Source: Laetmonice hystrix (lineage: Eukaryota). From it: a DNA stretch of 64,000 bases. Shown here piece after piece: positions 13,016-26,208 of this stretch. Positions within the stretch are counted from its first letter, which is position 1; the number at the start of each line of letters is the position of its first letter. Location of the stretch: positions 62,744,001 through 62,808,000 of the forward strand of contig OZ249436.1 of NCBI GenBank assembly GCA_965235115.1, written 5' to 3'. The notes beneath the pieces were generated by a model. The model made no database searches. It saw only the letters and a list, made by a program, of their open reading frames with translations, and was not told the DNA's origin. Made by a program: the position numbers and the translations under genes.

Positions 13016-16000
13016 TTTGATTTATTAACTGCTCTGCGACGGAGAAACACATGCACTGTACAACTCTCAGTGGGCCTTTCGTGACATTTCATGTATTCCT
13101 TCTAGTCGTAGAAACTGTGGTACATTTTCCAAATTGCACCAACAAAATTGGTCTCAAGTGGTTGGTTCCTAACTCCCACAAGAAGCGTCATCCTACAAGC
13201 ACACACGTTATCTTATGCTTCATGACATGTACCCTATTCACCTGTGATACGTCAGTACGACTGATCATATACAAACATCTGTCTAAGAAACAACCAAAAA
13301 AGTTATGTCGCCTGCAATACACCTGTGCCATACAATGTGGCGAGTTTTTTTTCCCGCTGACCCTAGCAACATTCCTTTGTAGGCAGGTTTTGCTACTCAC
13401 ACTGCAGTTTGTCAATAGCTCTGCCTGCTTTTCAACTTGATTCGTTTCCAAGTACACGACCACTTATTGATAGTTGTTACTAGTTTTCGTCGCAACGTTT
13501 GGTCCAGTATTTGCTGTAGCAATACAGAGTGTATAAAAAAGGTATACACTCAGAAAAATTAACAAGAAACGGACCATTATTATTTTTATTATTATTTTAT
13601 TTATTTCTCATTATTTTTAGCAAATCTGTCCAGACATAATTTGTAAACGAAGCTATCACGCTTTTATTAACACCACGATCATGCAAAGCATGTCACGTCT
13701 GTGTGAACAGGGGCGAGTTTCGTAAACCAAAAATGCAAGGTTTCAAAAAGCATCAGAGACCACGAGTGCCAAAATTAACATGTGCCATGTCTGTATGTGA
13801 GTGTATAATATTTTTTGATACACCCTGTATTATCAGCATTATAACCAATAATGTTGTATGCGTAATACCTCTGGCCTACCTTGTAATTATTGCTTCAATT
13901 AACTTAAAATGGATAAGACGGGTCAAGACATCTTTTGCCTTTGCAACTAAAATTCCCCTCTAACTTTCCTTAGTATATATTATTCTCCATGTTTTACTTC
14001 ATATATTTAAATTGCTCTTTAAATGACTTGAATTCCCGTTTTAGACACACTTAAGTATATATCGCGAATGCAGCTGTTCTCAACGCCATCTACCGGGAGG
14101 CGATGTAGTTGCACATTTAAAGCCAATTGTTTCCAATCGACAGTGTGTTGATGTAGAGAATATCCAAGCTGATTAAAAGATGGTGACTGATATAATGATC
14201 AGCACACCACAGCAGAAAAAAAGACGGTCAATATTAAAATCCTACTTGTAGGAATCCGTTAATACTTTTTTATCGCGGTAATTTGATGGTTTGAAATATG
14301 CAGTGATGCTAGTGACAGCCAATCTACATAATATAACGTGCAGTATGGATTTTTTTCTACATTCTACAGGATTTTTAATTATCCCATTTGGAGCTTCCTG
14401 ATGCCCTGCCAATTACTATTTCTTGATTAACAACCTTACATGTAAATTCCCTTCTGGTTTCCTTGAAGGACTTCAGAGTTTAGTCTTTTAATTTTTGTCC
14501 CCAGTCATGCTTATATTGGCTACTAGATAACTGTTTACTGGTTACGTGAACCTCTTACAGAACGTCTTCCACTTGATAAGAACGTCTAATGAAAGCGATC
14601 AAGTGCGCTCCCTTATTGACCATTCCCTAAACATCTACGGAAGCTAACATAATCTAAGATTGATAGTATATCCCTTCCCCTCAATCAGAAGTATCGTTGC
14701 CGCACAGAGATCGGAAATATGCGGCCGAAGGACACCAACATAACAATTGCAAGCCTAGGGCGTGTCTGTCAATAGGTGTTGCTTTCATTTCCATGAATTA
14801 ACCTCAATTTTGACTCTGGTATCTTTGCCACAATATATAGTGCTCAAATACATAGCCTACATATAAAAATAGAATTGTGGCAGACATACGTTTGGTTGGG
14901 CCATTACGGCAATTGATGGTCTCCAGTCTGGGATGACATTGTTGGTGCAGTTGGATCAGACCTGGGGGAGGCAGTTTCAGTGAATGTTATAGTTTCCAGC
15001 TAGGGGGCGCTGCATCCCGGTATTTATGACAAGGGTCATATCCTTGGTTCGGCCACAGAGGGGCTCCACGCGTACAAACATATTAATCAAGCTGCCGCGC
15101 CTGAATTTGTTCATTGATTTTTGCCGCTATTGTATTACTACCTCTGAAGAGTTGTTGACTCGCCCGTACAGGTATGATCATTCTACGTTGCAACAACAAC
15201 AAGCAGCGGGGTTAAATACAGCGCCTAACGACTCTCCCAGAAATAGGGCAAATGTTCTGAAATCCTACCAATCGGGTAAACAGGTTCTCTCTTCCCGCCA
15301 CTAGTACCGCCTCCCTCCCTCCCACTTCCACCAGCATTGATTTGTAAATCAGTCACAGTTGAGGGCGCATGGTTGAGGGCAGGGCAGGCCCCGCTGGAAA
15401 GCCTGTCGCGATGACCCCCAAACATCACGGTGACAAAGGCGGGCAGCAGCTTGTCACTCGCCGGCCTGATATTGATGCCATGTGAGTGCTTCAAGACGCA
15501 CTGCGGGTCAGGATTGTTAAACACATAAATAATGTTTTTCTAGCAGTTATCCAGTGTTGGCTTGATATCAAGGGCGGCTGCGTGGGGCTTTATTCGCCTC
15601 TTTAAATGGATATCCTGTCACGATGCCAGTCTAATTTGACAATGACAGCATCTTGCTAAACACCGTGCAAATGGCACTAAAGGAGCTTGACGCCGGGGAA
15701 CAATGACTGAATGAAGCGAATAATTAGTAAGCCCTCGAAAATAACACTCTACGCCTTCATTCTCTCTTTTCTTTGATGCTAGATTATAATAGTAACACAA
15801 AGTTACCATTTCCACTCTGAAGAGATATTTCTATTTTCCCGCTGTCAAGAAACAACGCTAATATAATGTAATGATGGTGATATCGCTGAAAGTCATTGTC
15901 TTGACAGTAGACATGTTGGAGGACGGCTGGTGTTCAGCAACATTAAGAAGTCACAGGTATTTGAAAGTTTCTGACTAGGTTATGGCGGCGCTTCCATGTG

Positions 16001-16165
16001 AGAGGAGGCACGGCTGGCCAGCTGGGAGTCAAACGGTCACTGGCCGCAGGTGTACCCTCGATTTGGGAGAAACTCGCGGGGTCAGGCGAGTGCTTGGGTG
16101 GAGTCGGCGAGGGCCAGACACACGGACAGCTTCATAAATGTAGCGTGGAATGTTACCGCTCCACC

Positions 16166-16201
16166 CTCCTGCCTCCTCCTCCTCCTCCCCTCCTCCTCCT
16201 C
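16166..16201. repeat. (CCT)n microsatellite
   Basis: ctcctgcctcctcctcctcctcccctcctcctcctc. Confidence 0.8.
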
Positions 16202-19200
16202 CCCACCGGACCCTGGGACCTCTCCCTCCCCCACCGGGCCCCGGGACCTCCCCCCCCCTCCCCTGCTCGATGCTCCCCTTGCGCTTGGAGCCTCTTTGGG
16301 GTACCTCTTTGTCCCACCAGGGGGCCTTCGACAAGAGGTGGCTAGTGGCCAGGCGGCACCATTGGTCGCCAACTGTTGAGTCGTCGTTGCACTGGCTTTG
16401 TGCTGCCCTTGACCACTTAAAGTTATAATTAGAGCCTCATTTTCTCCTACCACAATCAGGTCTCTCTCTCTCTCTAAGCTGAACATTTAGCTCGAATAAC
16501 TTTAGATTGGATAATGAGCTAAATTTATTGACCTATGTTACTATACACAGAGACCTCTCTGTCATAATTTCTATAGGTCACTGGGTTTTGACCACCTAGA
16601 GTTCAAACGTCATGCAATCTCTCCAGTTATACTATTTAATATAGATTTCACGGCATATTGGTCCAGTATTTTCTAATATTATACAATCTCACATTACCGT
16701 CAGTGCATTACTCAAACCACCTACCACTCAAAGGACTGTTTTTGTTTTTTCCTTTGTGCTGAAGAAAGACAGCACAGTTCTAATTTTTCACACATTGTAT
16801 TAGAATTTACAAAAAAAGATAATAAATTAATAAGCTGGCCGAAGACCATTGGGTGTAAATACTGAAACAGGAATTTCTCCCCTTAATACTTGGAACTGTC
16901 TTGATAACTATAGGCGGTAAATCCAGCGGCAGAAAAAGGGAGTGGGGGATCGCATCCAAATTTACGGTAATCATTTAAAAAGCAAATATTCATAACCGTT
17001 CATTAATTTTTTTTAGTGCCTCTTTTGTTTCACCATTCCTCCTAATCATTCTTCCCATAGACATGCTCATGTCTTCATCAGTCTGTCTCCACACCTGGCA
17101 AGGCCATTTTTATGATCACAGTTACGGTTGACTTTTTTGAAACACAAGAAGAATAGTCTGATGTGAAGTGGTACTGTCTGGTTCCATTGTCTGTTGGCAC
17201 AAATAAAGCTTAGATTTGCCTAATTCTTCCCGCATTGGTTTGTCACTCGAAATCTAGCACCTTTCGACAATGGCCTGACTCGGGCGACGGTGAATCATGA
17301 AAGTGGTCCGATTTGACGCCCATGGGTGGAAACAATGCACTGACTGCAACCACTGTCACTCTTAATTATGCACACGCTGAGATCAATGGCGAGGTCAGAG
17401 CAAATGAGGAGGGTCACAAGGACAATATCCATAACAATAACATCCCGCTCTGACCCAGTTCGGCATGCTGGCATTGTTTGCAGCTTCCTAATTATCATTT
17501 ATCCACCACCGTAGCAGGTGCAGCGACACACATGTAAACCGACACATACACACACATTTTTAACACACCGTATTCTCGCTCGCATTGTATGGGAACTTCA
17601 TGAGAAGCACAGACAGACAGACTGTTTGGCCGGTGTCCTGGTTTAAAATTGCCGACCCCAGTGTATTGCGTGAGCAGATAGTTTTGTCACCAGTAGCCTA
17701 GGCTCCTTAACGGCCTCAGGTGGCTTCATCTCATAAAATATAAATATCGCCAGCCAGATCATACGTCAGTCAACCGCTGGTGGGGTCTAGGTCAATGCAA
17801 TTATAAGTAGGTCTACATCAGATATACGGTTAGTATACTTTCAGTCTGGCCCTGCTCAACCAACGTTTTTACTGCCCTAGATGTAACATCACGACTGAAA
17901 TAAATCAAGTTTCAATTCTAAACGCTCTGTTTACTTATTCACTTACTTCCTTTACTTGATCAATCACGATCTGTTTTATTCTACTATTGCCATACGTCTA
18001 CATTATCATGAAACGTGTCACCCAAGCTGACGTTCTTGCTCTGTGAAATTCTTTCAACATCACACATGTAGGTCGTGTAAAAGACGACGATCCGGGTCAA
18101 TCAACTGTCCTTCACTCTCCATCCTCCCTAAACTGACCCACACATATCTTACATTGATTGTAAAGCCGCCTCGTCATTATGCCAGTGACTGTCATTACAG
18201 CACGACCTGTTCCGGATGATGTCTCTGTGACTCTCTGAGCTAGCACTGTCAACACGACCAGACAATGAGACGCACTCCAAACCTCAGCAGCAGCAGTCAC
18301 AAGTAGACTTTCATCTGCGGCAACAATAATGGCGCCAAACTTACTTATTCATCAGCCAATTAACTTAGACACAAACAGCCCGCCACCCACATCCCACCCC
18401 CAACCCTCTCTCAAGGGCATACGTCATCGCCGACAAGACAGCAGTCCCACACAGCCGTCAGAGTTGGATCTTGGGCCCCAGCCATCTGCTATGAAGGCGG
18501 CAATATGGCCTTCACAAAATAATGCGGTTGCTGTGAAGCTGAAATTCTAACTAGGCAAACTGGGCTGAGCCATTGTGTGGCTGGTTGTTGTGTTTATACT
18601 GGATACGGAGAGAACATCTGGCTCGCTTGTCCCTGCTCCTATTTGTTCTCTCCCTGACCAATTCCGCAGCCACACCTGCACATTATATTCTGTCGGAACA
18701 AAACGAACGTGTTTAACAATTTTAAAAAATGCCGCTCTCCCTCCTCACAATCAGCATATGTAAGCTACAGATTACACAATCTGTCGTCGATTTTACCTTG
18801 GAAACCTCAGTTCTGTGCTTACAGTAGTCTATCAATAAACCTGAGCAAAACTAACATTCCGGAATGACTCGAATCGAACACAAACGTGCACCGATGAATA
18901 TATTGTTTAGCCCCTGCACTCATCAAGTCCAATGGATTCACTTCTATGTTGCAACCAACTATCCCACAGTTCGACTGCACAGATCTACTGAAACTGATTA
19001 ATTGATGATGACTTTAAGCATCTCACACCCCCAACCCCAACCCCCATCACAAATTATCAATATCAAAGCAAACAAAGGCCTTCTATGGAAATTACAGCTT
19101 TCTACACCGTTCGATGAAAGTCCATAAATTGCAAGCTATATTATGGAGCCTATGCAACAATTATAAGTTAAAGAAAGCATGGATGAGTTGAGATGGTTCA

Positions 19201-19856
19201 GGAATTTCGACTTCTTATATTTGGTCACAGTTGTGCTTCAATGTGCTGAGAGACCAGAGATAGCCTGGTTCAACAACCAGTAATGGGGACGAATATGACA
19301 GTATGCAAAGGTTTGGGTCTTTATATAGGAGGGTCCAGTGTGTGTGGCCGGGGGATGGGCTGACCTTTCGTCATGAAGGTACCGTGGAAGAGTGGCAGCA
19401 ACAGCCCCAGGCAAAATAAATTGGCTGAGGGGCCGCGGACATGAGGGGTCACTCGGGGGACTCTGGTCAGCCCCTATCTGATGAGATAGGAGCCGTCACA
19501 TTGCAGTCAGCACCAGCCACAGAACCCGTCACTCCTTTGCCCTGCTCTCTTACTTCATACCCCAATTTGTTCACACGTCATCCCCTCCTACAGCAAGGTT
19601 ACAAAATGTCCTATACATGTATTTCCAAAATTGCCCCCTTCTATCTTCTTCAACTCCTTCAGTTTTGATTCTCCATTAGCCTATCAGTTCCGTTCAGAAT
19701 CCATTCTGTATGCTTCTCAATCAAAGTTTCAGGAGGAATCAGGGGAAACTAAACCAGTGATTTTGTGAAGTGCTTTCTGAAATTGGATGCATTTTCTTTC
19801 TTACTCCTGGGATGTTTGGACAACCCAGAGAACTATAATACAGAACAGTCTGCAAT

Positions 19857-20120
19857 ACGAGCCTCCCACTGTGGCCTGTATGTTACAGGGCTGCCTTCAG
19901 CCGCTGTGTTCTGGTCCCAGACCTGCGGTCAGCCAGTCTCCTGGTTCCCAGATACACGAGCCTCCCACTGTGTGTCCACTGTGTCACTGTGTATGTTACC
20001 CAGCAGGGCTGCCTTCAGCCATTCTGGTACCAGACCTGCTTTCAGCCAATGTCTCCTGGTACCCAGACAAACCTGTATTTTATCACTCTGTCCTCGTACC
20101 CACAAAGACCTGCTTTCAAC
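19857..20120. repeat. Tandem duplication (~100-110 bp, two copies plus a partial third) built from ~30-bp subunits
   Basis: acgagcctcccactgtg starts at 19857 and 19956. gggctgccttcagcc, ccagacctgc and gtctcctggt.cccaga are each repeated. Confidence 0.85.
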
Positions 20121-20277
20121 TATTCTGTTTTTGGACTTCTTCGGCCACTCCTGTCAAGTCAAATCCCGACATAATAATTCCAATGGACCTTTCCGAAATG
20201 AATGTTTCAGCAATATTTTCATCGTTTTTACTCGATGTACTTATATTTCGACCCTTTAGTAATCACCTATGCCTGTG

Positions 20278-20403
20278 GAAACACTTCCGGTCCTTTTGTT
20301 CAGGACGCTGAGAAGCGACTTGACCTCGTCCAATTTGACCATTCTGGTGAGGTCATTCTTGACCGGCCGTAGCCGGGCCGCGGTTGTCCAGAGGCAGGTC
20401 TCG
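20278..20403 (+). mobile_element. Decayed non-LTR retrotransposon (CR1/L2-like) reverse transcriptase fragment
   Basis: ETLPVLLFRTLRSDLTSSNLTILVRSFLTGRSRAAVVQRQVS is collinear with the generic LINE RT segment DTVPHxLLLxKLxSYGIxGNLLxWIRSFLTGRxQxVVVNGQxS. The downstream PQG motif is not intact. Confidence 0.5.
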
Positions 20404-23400
20404 GCCCATGACAAGTGTGTTATCGGGGCAGGTGTCCGTCCGCTCACATTGTGACACGAGTCCGGCCAGAATCCGTACTGCAGTCCATGTCAGATCACTG
20501 GCACTGAGTGACAACGAGGAATGGTTTGAGGGCAGGACAAGGTCAGCAGGTCATTAAGTGCTCCCCCTGCCCAGCCACCGCCGCTCGTCGTCTACTGCAT
20601 ATCCTATTCTCTGTGCCACTCTATTACCGTTTCCTGACTGCTACCTAATCCCGCGTCCACAGACCTGAGCGCCTCCCAGACTTTTAAAAACGCCCCGAGC
20701 ACGTCTGATCAGGGATATCCTCCGAATGGTCGTTCTGACCTCACGCTGGGGTGATTTCTCCAGGAAACACGGCGTCCCTGCCCACCTCACCGGTGCTTAA
20801 ATTAGTTAAATAAGACCGCTTCGTCAAGCACCCTACCCCCCAACGTCTCACGTATTTCATCCGTGTGCCACGGAATACGCTTGAGTAAGATACATACCTG
20901 AGTTATCTTGTTTTAACTACGGTTCTCAACTGAAATTATGTTCTCAACTGAAATCAAGTCCTTGGCGAATATCCTATGGGGGGGGGGGGGGGGCTGAAAA
21001 AGTGTTTACTCGGAAAATGTTATGACATGCACATAAGAAAACTCCTTCTACTCCTTCGGCAGGCGGTCCTTCGGGGGCTATCATGAAGACTCATATATTT
21101 TAGGGGCACAACCCAGCAGTTACTAAGCCTTGATGGGAGTCACTTTACAGCTTTCCCAGGGGTTATACGATGGCCCGACAGAAGTGCTTCGGCGCAATCT
21201 GTGCTACGAAGCTGATTTGGCAAATGATCCATCTCCGATTGAGACAGGTGAAATCCAATTTAGCTCTGCCAACGATCTGCCACCCTGCAAAGGTTAGGTC
21301 GTAGATTTAGATTACCACTTCCCCATGGCCACTGAACGGGTCACGGTGACGAGATGTGCGAGCGATGTGCGCTTTCATATTGCTGGTAAATAATTCACCA
21401 TTTGGAGTGGATTGCCGGATTGGCTAAGGAGATACACTTGCCAAAGGGGGTTTGGGGTGGCTATTTTGTGGGAGTTCAATCTTGGCGGCAGCGCGCGTGT
21501 GTTGACTGACCACTGGTCGATTGGTTAGGTTTGTGGCGGCCACTGTGGTCAGCACTTTCTTTAGCTGCTCGAGAATGGTCCTCGGCCCCCGTTCCGGACA
21601 TCGATTCAACAATTACCGAGATTTCCGCCCATACAACTCCAATTTGATCCTGATTGCATCCCCTCCTCGTGACCCCAACCTCGCAGCCAAGTGCTGACCG
21701 TCGACCTCCGATGGCACATTCCCGCCGCACAGATTCGGCAGAAACCATTTAGCATTTCAAAGGCATGCCTTCCGTTCTTGTACAATACAGAAAAGTCTGG
21801 CCAAAAACAGCACAAACTGGATATTCTAGCCTGAGAACATGACAGGTTACCTGACCAAATTGCCTGGCTGGGGAAGGCAATAAACACCATCAGTTTACCC
21901 CAATTACATCGATGCTCGCCCCTGACCCAAGGAATAGCCTGGCAGGGGAGTGGTGCACAGTAAAACAGGTATTGGATAACAACTCAACTCATTCTTTCAC
22001 TGATCTATTAATACACCGAAACGTTAACTGCCGCCTTGACCGCGGCAATACCAAAGCTGAAGTCGGAGGGGAACATCAAAGACCGGTGTCCTGTCTGTGA
22101 CCACCCGGTTTATATGGTCCGTAGGAAGACCCACGGCTCCTTTCATAACAGTCATGGCCACCAAAGCGGCACCGGCCAACACTAAGTGTAGACGGCTCCT
22201 CAGATGTGGCGTCAACCCAGTTTTAACTACCGTAGTTTTCTCCCGCTGATTACTCTATTTTCCCCTTTATTGGCTTCTTTCAAACAAGATAGTTCAAATA
22301 CCAAAGGTCACTCCAGATGGGCCACATGAGATCGAGCTCTTTCAAAAAGCTGAACAAAGCCAGCCAAGGGCCCTGTTAATTATTTTGGCAAAAATTTCCC
22401 AGGCTTTTCTTCGCAAATGATTTCTCTTTCTCTTCCTCTTTCTGTCCCCTCATTCATCTACTTTTTAACATTTTGGAAGTTATGAAAACTATTTTCAGGT
22501 ACCAGACTAATTCTTGTCACTTGGGAATCAATGCAGAGATGTAAAGTTTGTGTTAATGTGTCGGAGAGCAGGGAAGACAGCGGTCCATCCTACTGTCAAG
22601 ATCTCTGGTCCATCGCCACCGGAAGGCCAACTGGGGCTGGCGGCTGCCATGATGAGGCCTCGATGACAGCCAAATGATTGACAGCCTACTGATGGACAAC
22701 CTGTTTACGGCTGCCTTGCTGCTGACCGCTCATATCCACAGCCCGAGCCACCTACACCCACGCACAGGGTGGACACTGACCATGCTTTGCCAGCCAGCTG
22801 ACCACCCTCAACTGACCAACCTGTCAACTGGCCACAATCCCTGAAATATGAATTAATTTCTCCTCACAGGCACGGGCAGTTGACCGCTCGTGTTACCACC
22901 AAAGGTGGCAGACATCCGCCGGCCAATCTCCATGCGTCCTATTTCGTCCAACAGTGTGCCCATCCCCCCCCCCCCCCCCAGCCTGTCGCCCTTGCTGACT
23001 GGACCAGGCGGTGCCAGTCGGGCCACGGGAGGACGTGACCGTCCTGGACATGGTGACGAGCATGCCACAGTCCCTGTGGACACCCCCCTCCCCTCCTTCT
23101 AGTACCAGTATATGGCCACTTTATGACCTTCCCAAGCCTCTAGTGACCGGTGCTGGCAGGGCTCATACAGACACACAACACATCACACCGAGTCAGAGGG
23201 AAGAATGATAGAATCCGTTATTACAGGTCTAGAAACCATTCAAATGCTTGTGTATACACATTACGAATAACATAAGGACTTAAGGTAATATACCTACTGG
23301 AATGAACTGATTAAAAGGTGGCTTTAGAATTGAATAACCCTCGCATAGCGGAAGTGAGCATCTTTTAAAAATCATCCCATTATTACAATATTGAAGATTA

Positions 23401-26194
23401 CATTTCAGACTGGTCCCCGTCTCGGCATGACTCAGCAGTTTTGTGACCATGAAACACTGTTCCGATTGTCTAAAAACGGCAGAGGAACCTAATCGTGTAC
23501 ATTGTGCCTACGCAACTTGTGAATACCGCAAGCATTAAGTATTGATGGTGACCATTATGTATCAGGACAGGCGGTCATCAAAGCAGTGTGGCCGGGCTGC
23601 CTCTGAAGAAGCCGGTAGTGGGGCGTTAGGCGGCGGCGGGCGGCGGGTGGCGGCCTAGGGCTGCTGCATTATTGATGCTGTCCTTGCGTTACGAGACAGT
23701 AGTGCCCTTTACACTGGTACCACCACAACACTTATTGATTGTTTCCTCTGGCCGTCTAGTACAACAAAATAATCTTGAGACATCTTTCCAGCCCGCTCTT
23801 AACATCGAGCCCGGGCATATTTGGCCCGTTGAATCCTCCCACCGAGGAGGAATCACTCCTGTGTCAATCATCAGACGCTTGTTGTATGGAGATGTTGGGT
23901 AGGGTGGGTGTGGGGGACATATCATCATGTGACCATGTTCAGGTATTAACATTGGTGATGCCGTGCCCAGTTGTGGCGGTGCGTGTGGAAGCGCCGTACG
24001 TCCAATGACTGGTGTTTGGGCGGGCGGGCGGGAGGCTGGCCACCCAAAGTTCTCGCTATTGATCTTCCATCTTTCTACAGTGCACCCTCCGCAGTTACAC
24101 CGACAACTCACGCTACAAAACACTCCCCAATATCAACACGGCCGACATCTATCCCGCTGACTTTAATCCCTGCACCCCCGTTTAATCAAGTCTCAGATTA
24201 TTTGTGCTTCGGTCAGGGGAAGCCGATTATGAGGCAACAGCGATCTGTTGCTTTGGCAGTACCCGTATGCCTGATGTTGGAAGGGTGGAACTGCTCATCA
24301 TAGGTTCTAGTGATTACGGTAACCGGTTTCAATTAAATCTATACGTGACTGGTAACCACCTAAACATACCTCAATCATAACACAGAACCACATAACTAAC
24401 ACCAAGTGAAATCGTTCGCGTTTAAATTAGAAAAACGCCAAACCGGGTCTTTCATTTGGAGGCCAATCTCTATTTATGCGGCAGCGACTAACTACTAATG
24501 TTCAAATTGAATATCGCCTTACCCGTAATTATATCTTTCCACCTAAACAAATGGATTTCATACTTTCACACAGATCATTAAATGTCACTTGAGCCGCCAT
24601 AGAACTGACTGGAAGCAGTCAGCAGATACCTCACGGCGTCTTCTCACGTCAGGTGTGAACCCTCTCCAGGTGATTAGGGTTGATCTCTGTTCTACCTGCC
24701 CCGACTGGCGTCAACGATCTAAGTGTGCGGCCTGTTGTGGACTCTGCCGTTAATGAGAATGTCAGCACTCATTAGGTTCATCACCAATTAAGCCAGCAAG
24801 AGGCCATAATGACAATGTTAGGTCACCTCAGGCCGCTCCTTAGACGTTGGGGGGGGGGGGGAGGCCTGGCACCGTGAGGATTTGTTTAGTTCAGGCGGGT
24901 CAGTACACATACGACACTGATGGGGTTCATACAAGGTTGGCCTGGTGAACCAGCGCTGAGAGCGCACTTTACTTTGTTATCTAAGGTGTACATCAAAGGC
25001 TTACAAGTCGGCGGCGTTACGCAGGTAAATTGAAGCAGGGAGAGGCGCACAGGTAGACAACACATGGGAATAATCCAGGTGCCACATGTGACACGATGTT
25101 GATCCGCCTGCTTTCCATCACAATCCAAACCTGGATCACCAAGCGTAGATGTTCCTACATTATCATGTATCGATTAAGGCGGGGTGTTTTTCCTTTAAAA
25201 ACGTATATTGCCATTGATCTGTGCCGTTTTTGCTAATTGGACATGGATTTATAGCTCTCAATGCATGTTTAGGATCCAACTTCTTGGAGATAACTTGGAA
25301 ATGCTCTTCCAGCTGATTGATTACGCACTTGAATGACCTTCGAGTGTATCTGTAACCAATCTTAGGGCTGCTGGTGTCTGCAGTCGCGAGATCTAGTCGA
25401 AGGTATTTTTGAGTGTAAATTTGTATAATACATAGTCCAAATCATTCATTAAAGCACCCAGTACATCTAAAAACATTCCATCGTTTAAAGAGGGCCTTGA
25501 AAAAACACTTTTTTTGCGGTAGAGGCTGGTAGATGGCAGCTCGGTAGGTGACTACCCCCGCTGTGACAGCGCCACCTTGCGGTGTTTGCCGTGACCTTGG
25601 ACCAGGTCCACGCTCACACAAACGTCACGCCACGCCAGAAAATTCCAAAGATTACGTCATGTCGGACGCCACTGCCTTACTGAAAGACTGTTCGGTTTCA
25701 CATCAGTCCAACCTTGTTTTAAGTTCAGACAATACTATGATTTAGAACATTACTGTTGGTCCTGTCTGACTGTCCTTTTGTCCGTATTTCAACAGTGAAT
25801 AGTGTCATAATTTGAACCACATCCTTATGAAAACTGGTCCGTGTTACCAACCCCCGGCATAAAGTCGCCAGGCGTCTGGCCACATTGACAATGTGTCTAG
25901 AAAGGGGCCTGATGTCAAGATCTCTGGTGTGTCTATGTCGACATCTACCAGCCGCCTGTTTACCGTCTGCTCAGGTACACGAAGACCTACACGTGTGCGT
26001 CCTCAGTCCCAACTGGTCGCCACCTAACATTAAATGACGCTCTCGTACCAGACACAGAAAGGGGCAGCAGTGTGGTGGGGGAAACACTTTTATGTGTGTG
26101 CTGTTGCTGGTTGTACTACAAACAAAGCGCGATATACTGAACAAAAGTTTCCCTGGAAATGGAACTTTTCCCCTGTGTCTGCCATACGACTGAC

Positions 26195-26208
26195 CTGCCA
26201 CCTAGTGG
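26195..26208 (-). promoter_or_regulatory. CTCF core motif, perfect match (CCACTAGGTGGCAG)
   Basis: Matches CCASYAGRKGGCRS with no mismatch. Confidence 0.55.

Noticed and set aside
15998-16486. Several Pro/Gly/Glu-rich ORFs
   Set aside because: They arise from (CCT)n and C-run low complexity.
19765-20311. Two overlapping 164/174-aa ORFs
   Set aside because: They are explained by the tandem duplication and the adjacent LINE remnant.
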